Shown one piece after another: positions 56,811 to 64,000 of a DNA stretch of 64,000 nt. The notes under the pieces are model-generated. The model was not told the origin of the DNA and did not search any database. It was given only the letters and a program-made list of their open reading frames with translations. The stretch comes from an uncultured delta proteobacterium. Lineage in GTDB: Bacteria > Myxococcota_A > Polyangia > Polyangiales > Polyangiaceae. A program made the position numbers and the translations under genes. Numbering within the stretch: position 1 is the stretch's first letter; each line of letters begins with the position of its first letter. The DNA is taken from positions 1,664,001 to 1,728,000 of the forward strand of contig CAWJCS010000006.1 in NCBI GenBank assembly GCA_963841435.1, read 5' to 3'.

Positions 56811-57680
56811 ATGCGGAGCATGACGGGCTACGGCTCCGCCGAGGCAACGCTCGGAGGGGGCGCCCTAACGCTCGAGCTTCGCACCCTGAATCATCGCTTC
56901 GTGGACGTGCGCGTGCGTCTGCCCGCCGAAATCGCAGACCAGGCCTCGTTCCTGGAGCTTTTGGTCCGCGACCGGCTCGACCGCGGTCGCATCGACGTAA
57001 CGGTGCGACTGAGCGGCGCGGCTCTGCCACCGGCACGCTTCTCGAGCGAACGCGCGCGCTCCCTACACGCGGCGCTCTGCACCCTGCGCGACGAGCTCGC
57101 GCCGGGGTCGGACGTGACGCTCGGCACGCTCTCGAGCTTCGCCGCGGCGCTGCTCGAGCCCTCCGCTCCCGAGCCGACGAGCGTGCGCGAGGCGCTCGGG
57201 GCGGCCCTCGACGACGCCCATCGGCTGCTCATCGAGATGCGCACGACCGAGGGCGAGTCGCTCGGGCGCGAGATCGGGTCACGCCTCGGGCGCCTGCGCG
57301 AGCTCGTCTCGGCCATCCGCGCCCGGGCAGGCGGCCTCGCCTCCGTCCAGCGCAACCGCTTGCGCGAACGGCTGGAACGGCTGCTCGCCGGCGGCGCTCC
57401 GCTCGATCAGAGCCGGCTCGAGAACGAGGTCGCCCTGATGGCGGATCGGGCCGACATCAGCGAGGAGCTCGCGCGGCTCGACAGCCATTTCGGCCAGCTC
57501 GAAGCGCTATTGGACACGCCGGGGCCTGTTGGGAGAAAATTCGACTTTCTGCTGCAGGAGATCGCCCGCGAGCTCAATACGGCCGGCGCCAAGTGCCAGG
57601 ACGCGCCGGTCGCCCAGCTCGTGGTGGATGCCAAGGTCGAGGTCGAACGCATGCGGGAGCAGGTGCAAAATGTCGAGTGA
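56811..57680 (+). CDS. yicC: YicC/YloC family endoribonuclease
   Basis: MRSMTGYG, NHRFVD, DISEELARL, GRKFDFLLQE and REQVQNVE. Confidence 0.95.
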   Translation: MRSMTGYGSAEATLGGGALTLELRTLNHRFVDVRVRLPAEIADQASFLELLVRDRLDRGRIDVTVRLSGAALPPARFSSERARSLHAALCTLRDELAPGSDVTLGTLSSFAAALLEPSAPEPTSVREALGAALDDAHRLLIEMRTTEGESLGREIGSRLGRLRELVSAIRARAGGLASVQRNRLRERLERLLAGGAPLDQSRLENEVALMADRADISEELARLDSHFGQLEALLDTPGPVGRKFDFLLQEIARELNTAGAKCQDAPVAQLVVDAKVEVERMREQVQNVE

Positions 57681-58320
57681 CGGCCCGCTGCTCCTGATCG
57701 TGTCATCGCCCTCGGGTGCCGGGAAGACGACGCTCGCCAATCGCCTCCTCACGGTGGTCGACGGACTGAGGTTCAGCGTCTCCCACACGACGCGCAAGCC
57801 CCGCCCGGGCGAGTCGCCGGGACGCGAGTACCACTTCGTCGAGCGCGAGCGCTTCACCGAGCTAATCCGCGCCGACGCGTTTCTCGAGTGGGCCGAGGTG
57901 CACGAGAACCTCTACGGGACGAGCCGCTCCGAGGTCGAGCGCGCCACCGACGCGCGCGGCATCCTTTTCGACGTGGATCACCAGGGCGCCCGGCAAATCA
58001 AGAGCGTGCGTCCGGATGCCGTCGCCGTTTTCATCCTGCCCCCCAGCATGCCGGCGCTGCTCGACCGGCTGCGTGGGCGGGCCAGCGAAGACGACGCCAC
58101 GGTGATGAAGCGTTTCCGCGTGGCGAGAAACGAGATCGCCCACTATGGCCTCTTCGACTACGTGGTCGTGAACGAGGATCTCGAGCGCGCGCTCGACCAG
58201 CTAATCGCCATCTTCCGCGCGGAAGAATGCCGCCGCGCGCGCGCCGCCCGCCTGGCGGAGCACCTGCTCGACGAAACACGGGGCTTCGGTGGCACCGTCC
58301 CCCCAGGCCCGAAGGAGTGA
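57670..58320 (+). CDS. gmk: Guanylate kinase
   Basis: SSPSGAGKTT, SVSHTTRKPRPGE and EWAEVHENLYGT. Confidence 0.96.
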   Translation: MSSDGPLLLIVSSPSGAGKTTLANRLLTVVDGLRFSVSHTTRKPRPGESPGREYHFVERERFTELIRADAFLEWAEVHENLYGTSRSEVERATDARGILFDVDHQGARQIKSVRPDAVAVFILPPSMPALLDRLRGRASEDDATVMKRFRVARNEIAHYGLFDYVVVNEDLERALDQLIAIFRAEECRRARAARLAEHLLDETRGFGGTVPPGPKE

Positions 58321-58330
58321 CCATATCCCA

Positions 58331-59245
58331 ATGAAAGCCGAGCCCTTGCTGATCGTCGGTTCGATGGCATTCGACGACCTCGACCTGCCGAGCGGCTCCG
58401 CCCGCGACGTCGTGGGCGGGTCCGCCACCTACGCGGCCTTCGCCGCCAGCCAGTTCGCCGCCGTCCGCATCGTCGCCGTCGTGGGCGAGGACTTTCCCGA
58501 GGAGACCCTCGCGGAGCTCGGAAGGCGGGGCGTCGACGTGAGCGGCGTGGAACGAGCCCCCGGCAAGACCTTTCGCTGGTGGGGCCGCTACGCCGACAAC
58601 CTCGCGAGCCGCACGACACTCGACACGCAGCTCAACGTGTTCGCGGACTTCAAACCCAAGCTGCCCGACTCGTTTCGCGGCACACCCTACGTCTTTCTCG
58701 GCAACATCCACCCCGCGCTGCAGCTCGACGTGCTCGAGCAGGTCGCTTCGCCTCGCTTCGTGGCGGCGGACACCATGAATTTCTGGATCGACGGGGAGCC
58801 GAAGCTGCTCGCCCGCGTGCTCGAGCGGCTCGACCTTTTCGTCATCAACGACGAGGAGCTCCGACAGCTCGCCGGCATCCACAACGTACGGCTCGCCGCG
58901 CGCGCCGTGCTCGGGATGGGTCCCAAGCGGCTCATCGTGAAGCGCGGGGAGTACGGCGCACTGCTCTTCGACGCCGACGGCAGCTTTTTCGTGCCAGCCT
59001 TCCCGCTCGAGGACGAGGTCGATCCGACAGGCGCGGGCGATACCTTCGCGGGGGCCCTGCTCGGCTGCCTCGCGCAGAGCAATGCGACCGACCGGCCCGC
59101 GCTCCGCCAGGCGCTTCACCTGGCGGCGACCGTCGCTTCCTTTTGCGTCGAGGACGTGGGCACCCGCCGGCTCGCCGTGATCGACCGCGACGCCATCCGC
59201 CGGCGTCAGCTCGAGCTGCGCGAGCTCGTGCATCCCGGCGACTAG
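58331..59245 (+). CDS. PfkB-family carbohydrate/nucleoside kinase
   Basis: GGSATY and DPTGAGDTFAG. Confidence 0.92.
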   Translation: MKAEPLLIVGSMAFDDLDLPSGSARDVVGGSATYAAFAASQFAAVRIVAVVGEDFPEETLAELGRRGVDVSGVERAPGKTFRWWGRYADNLASRTTLDTQLNVFADFKPKLPDSFRGTPYVFLGNIHPALQLDVLEQVASPRFVAADTMNFWIDGEPKLLARVLERLDLFVINDEELRQLAGIHNVRLAARAVLGMGPKRLIVKRGEYGALLFDADGSFFVPAFPLEDEVDPTGAGDTFAGALLGCLAQSNATDRPALRQALHLAATVASFCVEDVGTRRLAVIDRDAIRRRQLELRELVHPGD

Positions 59246-59258
59246 CGCGGGCCAGGGC

Positions 59259-59522
59259 TCAGGCGGCCGCTTTGGCGGGGTCGTTCGCGAGCACGGTCGT
59301 CGGCGCCCCGTTCCGTTCGGCGCGCACCTCCCGCACCACCTTGAGCAAGGTCACGTGATCGGCGATGCCGCCCTCGAGCAGGGCGCGGACGAATCCGTCC
59401 ACGTAACCGATGGCCTGGCCGAGGCGGGGCTGCGTGGCGCCCTCGCTCTGAAGCCTCAGCGATTCGCGAAGCAGGGAGCGCAAGATGTCGAGCAGCTCGG
59501 CCTGGGACTTGGTCGCGTTCAT
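59259..59522 (-). CDS. Small hypothetical protein
   Basis: GGAGG RBS and an 87-aa helical ORF. Confidence 0.55.
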   Translation of the reverse strand: MNATKSQAELLDILRSLLRESLRLQSEGATQPRLGQAIGYVDGFVRALLEGGIADHVTLLKVVREVRAERNGAPTTVLANDPAKAAA

Positions 59523-59725
59523 GGGTGCCTCCGGGGCTATGTCGCGACGGTTATCGAAGCACGCGACATCGGGCCAAGTTTGTGGACCGCACCCCTCGGT
59601 TCCAGCGCACAAAACCCTCTGATTTCTCGCGGGGATTGACCCGCTCCCCGTGCGTCTTATCTTAAGTAGGTCCGCTGGGTGGACCGGCAACTGCGCCGGC
59701 CGCCACGGTAGGGCCCATTTTCGCC

Positions 59726-60133
59726 ATGCGTCTCAACGTCTTCAAGTCGAAGATCCACCGCGCCACGGTCACTCACGCCGACGTGGCCTACGAGGGCAGC
59801 GTCACCATCGACCGCGATTTGCTGGATGCCGCCCAGATCCTCCCGTACGAGGCCGTCCACATCTGGAACGCCACGCGGGGGACGCGCCTCGTCACCTACG
59901 CGCTCGAGGGGCCGCGCGGCAGCGGGGCCATCTGCGTCAACGGTGCCGCCGCCCATCTCAACAAGCCGGGCGACATCGTGATCCTCGCCACCTTCGCCGA
60001 GATGAGCCCCGAAGAGGCGCGCGCGTACAAGCCCCGTGTCGTGCGCGTCGACGAGCACAACCGCCAGATCCCGGGCGGCGACGCCCCGGAAACGCCGGGG
60101 CCCGTCCTGGATTCGCTGCGCCTCTCGTCCTGA
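59726..60133 (+). CDS. panD: Aspartate 1-decarboxylase
   Basis: [14 protein letters not shown] cleavage site and NGAAAH. Confidence 0.97.
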   Translation: MRLNVFKSKIHRATVTHADVAYEGSVTIDRDLLDAAQILPYEAVHIWNATRGTRLVTYALEGPRGSGAICVNGAAAHLNKPGDIVILATFAEMSPEEARAYKPRVVRVDEHNRQIPGGDAPETPGPVLDSLRLSS

Positions 60134-60242
60134 GGACACCGGGGCCGCCCCGAGCCCCCAACCCCCCACCCGACGAGCCCCCGGCCCGCAGAACTGGCGT
60201 CCGCGGCCTGGCATCGGCTAGACGTGGAACCCGAGCCAAGGC

Positions 60243-61460
60243 ATGCCCGACGCGCCGACTCCCACGGAGGTCGTCGAAACGCTGGGTCACCACCCGGCGC
60301 TCGACGAGCTTGCTGCCCTCGTGCGGCGCGCCGCGCTCTCGGCTGCGGCCGCGCGGCGTTACGGGTTCTGCTCACGCCACGCGGGGCCCAGCGACGAGCC
60401 GGTCGCGCTCCCGGAGGAATACACGCGGCCGGACGCCGACACGGCATACGGTAACGTGGTCGAGGTGCTCGAGCGCGGGGTCACGACGCCTGCGGAAGGG
60501 GCGCTCGTCTCGACGCTGCTCGCGCTCTCGGCAGCCCACGAGCCCGAAGCCGAAATCGAGGAGCAGGCCTTCGTCGCTCACGTGACATGGCTCGCCGCGC
60601 ACACGCCGTGCGACGCCCTCGCCGCGCTCGACGCGACCGTGGGCGAAAGCGCAGCCGTCTATCGCACGCTCGCTCGCATCGCCGTCGAGCCAGCCGACGT
60701 GGCGTCGGATTTCGGACGCACCGAGGCGCTCGTCGCGGCGGCCGCGCTGGGAGCGAGCCACACCGCGGCGGCGGCGCGCGAGCGCAGCGACGCCATGCCG
60801 CGCGCCAAGGATCCGGCGGTTCACGCGCTGCTCGGCTACGGGGGCCTCGGCGAGGCACCACTCGACGGCGAGCTCGTGCCAGCCCCGCGTGGCCCGCTTT
60901 TGACGGCGGCGCTCGCCGTGACCCTGCTGCTGTTCGTCATCGAGCTCGGGCGCCTGCTCGGGCGCCTGGCGTTCGCCTACCGGCGGCCGGCGACCTTTCG
61001 TCTCACCGAGCGAGGCCTCGAGCTCACGCATCGGGTGGAGCTGCTCGGCAAGGTGCTCCGCCAGCGCTCGACGCTGATCCCCTTCGGGAACATCGCGCGC
61101 GTCACCCGCGAGGAGAAGTACGCGCGCGCCGGGCTCTATGCGGGGCTCGCGGCGCTCGTGCTCGGGACGTATTTCGGCACGGGGCTCTTCGTCAACGGCA
61201 TGCGGGTACCGGGCGGGTCCGGGTCCTTGTTCGGGCTCGCGGCGGCGTTCGTCGTGGCGGGCCTCCTACTCGACTTCGTGTTGGCGGGTGCCGAGGACAC
61301 GTTTCGCGGGCAGTGCCGGCTCATCGTCGTGCCGCACCGCGGTCGTGCGCTGTGCCTCGGCCGGGTGGACCCGAGCCGCGCCGACGCGATGTTGAGCTTC
61401 GTCACCGAGGTGGCTCGCGGCACCGCGACCATCCCGCCCCCTGCCCCGGCGCCCGCCTGA
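60243..61460 (+). CDS. Hypothetical membrane protein
   Basis: 405 aa with three TM segments. Confidence 0.6.
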   Translation: MPDAPTPTEVVETLGHHPALDELAALVRRAALSAAAARRYGFCSRHAGPSDEPVALPEEYTRPDADTAYGNVVEVLERGVTTPAEGALVSTLLALSAAHEPEAEIEEQAFVAHVTWLAAHTPCDALAALDATVGESAAVYRTLARIAVEPADVASDFGRTEALVAAAALGASHTAAAARERSDAMPRAKDPAVHALLGYGGLGEAPLDGELVPAPRGPLLTAALAVTLLLFVIELGRLLGRLAFAYRRPATFRLTERGLELTHRVELLGKVLRQRSTLIPFGNIARVTREEKYARAGLYAGLAALVLGTYFGTGLFVNGMRVPGGSGSLFGLAAAFVVAGLLLDFVLAGAEDTFRGQCRLIVVPHRGRALCLGRVDPSRADAMLSFVTEVARGTATIPPPAPAPA

Positions 61461-61509
61461 GCCGCGGCGCAACGAGCACGAAAGGCCCCGGCGCCGGTCG
61501 CCCCCCCGG

Positions 61510-62916
61510 TCAGCGAGGCAACGCCGAGGGGCTCGCGGATGGGCTGCCCGCATCGGCCGGCGTGCGCGGCCGTCGGGGCTCGACGAGGAACGCCTCGCCG
61601 AGCGCGAGGAGCGCGTCTATGTGCCCCGGGCTCAGCGTGAGCGTGCCGACGATGCGCGCGCCGTCGGCGCTGAGATCGGCGCGCGACACGAGGCGCTGAC
61701 TCGGAAAGCCGAGCGCCCAGAGCCTCAGGTCCTGCGTCATCAGCTGGCGAGCGAAGGCTCGAGCGTGCTCGATGGCAAGCTCGGGAGTCTCGTCTTCGGC
61801 TTCCAGATCGACGAGCGCGCCGCCACCTTCCGTGGGCGTGAGGCGCGCCCGTGCCCAGCGCAGGGACTTCGGGACGTCCAAAAGCGGCAGCCCGCGCGCG
61901 AGCCGCCAGGGCGTGACGGCATAAGCGCTGGCGATCTCGTCTCCCTTCGCGGGCGCAATGCCGGTCTTCTTGCCGAGCGAGAGGGCGGCCTTCTCGGCGC
62001 TCGGCGGCGTGACGACGACGATGCCGGGCGCTGGCAGCACGAAGACGCGCGGCGCACGGTCCGCAAAGGCGTGCGCCGCCGGAATGCCGGCATCGAGCCA
62101 TTTTCCGTGCTCGGTGTCGGCCTTGACGATGGCGTCGATCGCCGCGAGCAGGCGTTTCTTCGACACGTTCACCTTGAGCACCGCCACGACGTTGCTCGAA
62201 TCGCGAAACTGCGGACCCACGAGCAGCAGACGGTCAACGTCGCGGATGGGATCGAGCGCCGCGGGGCCGAAGAAGTCTCGCCACTGGTAGACCGAGCCGA
62301 GCAGGCGCCCCACGCGTGCACCGAGCGGGAGTGCGCGGATCTTTTCGGTGTAGACCACGACCCGCACGTTCGCCTCGGCGTCGACGACCTTCTTCGCGTC
62401 GCCCGTCACCGCCACGGGTTCGCCGAGACCCCCGTCAACTCCGCCGTCGGGGCCTCCGCCCCCGTCGAGTCCGGCGTCGCTCGACGCCGCAGCTCCCGCG
62501 TCCGAGGGTGCGCCGGCGTCCGCGAGCCCGGCGTCGACCGCGGCCCCCGCGTCCGGCGCTCCGGCGTCGGGGAGCTCCTTCTTGGGCTCCTCCGGAGCCT
62601 TTGCCGAGGGTGCGGGCCGGGGCAGCACCGCGACCGGTGAAAGCTCGGTGCCGGTCTCGGTGGCGGCCGGAGCGGGAGGGTCCGGGGGTCCCGGCGCCTG
62701 GTCCTCGATGAGATCGACGGGGATGGCCGTGATGGGGGGCTCGTCCGGGAGCGGCTCCGCCGGGCGAGCGAGCATTCCGAGCACTCCCAGGAGGGCGACG
62801 AGCGGTGTCAGGGGCGCGTGCACCAGCAGGGACAAAAGCAAAAGCCAGCGGACCCGGCGGTCCGATGTGTCGGGCTGGCCGCGCCACTGCGTCACGAGTC
62901 CCACGGTTTTGACCAT
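61510..62916 (-). CDS. Hypothetical membrane-anchored protein with Pro/DAG-rich linker
   Basis: LSLLVH TM segment and DAG repeats. Confidence 0.6.
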   Translation of the reverse strand: MVKTVGLVTQWRGQPDTSDRRVRWLLLLSLLVHAPLTPLVALLGVLGMLARPAEPLPDEPPITAIPVDLIEDQAPGPPDPPAPAATETGTELSPVAVLPRPAPSAKAPEEPKKELPDAGAPDAGAAVDAGLADAGAPSDAGAAASSDAGLDGGGGPDGGVDGGLGEPVAVTGDAKKVVDAEANVRVVVYTEKIRALPLGARVGRLLGSVYQWRDFFGPAALDPIRDVDRLLLVGPQFRDSSNVVAVLKVNVSKKRLLAAIDAIVKADTEHGKWLDAGIPAAHAFADRAPRVFVLPAPGIVVVTPPSAEKAALSLGKKTGIAPAKGDEIASAYAVTPWRLARGLPLLDVPKSLRWARARLTPTEGGGALVDLEAEDETPELAIEHARAFARQLMTQDLRLWALGFPSQRLVSRADLSADGARIVGTLTLSPGHIDALLALGEAFLVEPRRPRTPADAGSPSASPSALPR

Positions 62917-62976
62917 AGCCTTGCCCCGCAGGGCCGGCGAACGCCGCCCTGGCGCTCGGCGAGCGGGCTTTTTATG

Positions 62977-62991
62977 TGGCACACCGCTTGA
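62977..62991 (+). promoter_or_regulatory. Putative sigma54 promoter TGGCAC-N5-TTGA
   Basis: GG-N10-GA spacing upstream of the last CDS; the -12 element is non-canonical. Confidence 0.5.
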
Positions 62992-63047
62992 AAAGCCAAG
63001 AACTGGCTACCTGGCCCGCCCTCATGGAACAACTTTGCCGTCCCGCG

Positions 63048-64000
63048 ATGCTCCGACACCTGCCTCCCCTGTCCACGCCGCTTTGCTTGCTGCTGCTAGC
63101 CACCGCCGTGGCCTGCGACCGGCATGCTGACGAAGGCGACAAAACCGCCGGTGGGCGGGTCGAGACCGGCCCGGCCGCCGTCCAGCCCGGCGCCCCTACC
63201 CTCCCCTCCGAGGTGGTGCCGCCGCTCGCACCGCCCGCCTCGGCCGCTCCGGTCGAGACGGTGCCGCTCAGCCACTTCCCCGAGCCTCCCGACCACGCCG
63301 GGCCCTGGTTCGTCGTCACTTCTCCCGCCGCGGGCGTGTACGCGGAGCCCTCGTTCGAACAGAAGCAGAAGATCGGCTGGGTGCGGAGCGGCGGCAGGCT
63401 CGCCGTGAAGCCCGAGCCGGTGTCCCACAAGGCCTGCACCCCGGGTTGGTACGAGCTCGTCGACGGCGGCTACATCTGCGGCAACTTCGGCACGACGAAC
63501 CTCTCGAGCGCCGACGTGAAGTTCGCGCTCACGGCGCCGAAGCTCGAGGACGTGTTGCCGTACACCTACGTGCGCAACGCGAAGCACGGCACGCCGCTCT
63601 ACCACTCGGTGCCGTCGCGCGAGCAGATGCTCCACTACGAGCCTTACCTCGCCGAGAACGACAAGAAGAGTGAAAAGGCCACCAGCGATTCCAAGAAGAG
63701 CGCCGACGCCGACGTGAAGAACGCGAGCGACCCGAAGCCCGCGAGCACGGGGCCGACCGTCGTGAGCGGCGCGACGCGGGTCGCTCCCATCACGATGGAC
63801 GGCGGAGTTCCCATCCTCGACCCGGGTCTCGCCGACGCGGGCATCGAGGTGGAGAAGCCCGAAAAGCCCTGGTGGCAGCAAGACGACATCAAGGAGCACC
63901 TGCACGAGCTCAAGCTCGAGCACCTCGAGAACGAGGCGGACGACATCCTGGCCAAGCGCATGGTGCGCGGCTTCTTCGTCGCCGTAGATCGCACGTTCCG
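63048..64000 (+). CDS. Lipoprotein, probably the N-terminal part of a myxobacterial L,D-transpeptidase (truncated by window)
   Basis: Lipobox AVAC and KIGWVRSG...CTPGWYELVDGGYIC...LPYTY. The frame is open to the window end and the catalytic domain is not visible. Confidence 0.55.
   Translation, partial: MLRHLPPLSTPLCLLLLATAVACDRHADEGDKTAGGRVETGPAAVQPGAPTLPSEVVPPLAPPASAAPVETVPLSHFPEPPDHAGPWFVVTSPAAGVYAEPSFEQKQKIGWVRSGGRLAVKPEPVSHKACTPGWYELVDGGYICGNFGTTNLSSADVKFALTAPKLEDVLPYTYVRNAKHGTPLYHSVPSREQMLHYEPYLAENDKKSEKATSDSKKSADADVKNASDPKPASTGPTVVSGATRVAPITMDGGVPILDPGLADAGIEVEKPEKPWWQQDDIKEHLHELKLEHLENEADDILAKRMVRGFFVAVDRTF

Overview
GC-rich bacterial DNA, probably Myxococcota (Polyangiaceae/Sorangium-like), judged from the FHA-sigma54 activator, Ser/Thr kinase, DUF4388-like and TIGR04552-like genes and Cys/Gly-rich lipoproteins. 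It has three parts. (1) About 0.5-22 kb is a beta-glucan/cellulose-utilisation region: GH9, GH8, GH94 phosphorylase, galactokinase, an orphan MalK-type ATPase, a PPi-type PFK, four CBM11/CIA30-like lipoproteins and three paralogous outer-membrane proteins with LamB-like termini. A shared GGAACCGGTTCC palindrome links the region, and no SusC/SusD genes are visible. (2) 22623-34462 is an 11.8 kb element integrated at tRNA-Gly(CCC) with 45-bp att repeats. It carries a tyrosine integrase whose C-terminus would change on excision, an AAA/RepA-like gene and an iteron-like origin. About 4 kb of it is C-to-T converted on the + strand, around a poly-T/poly-A run. (3) 34.5-64 kb is mostly core genome (tRNA-Lys, dnaE, yicC, gmk, panD and others). 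Frameshifts between about 13 and 34 kb suggest low consensus accuracy there, so the odd sequence may be partly or wholly a technical artefact. All family calls come from motif recognition by eye, not database searches.
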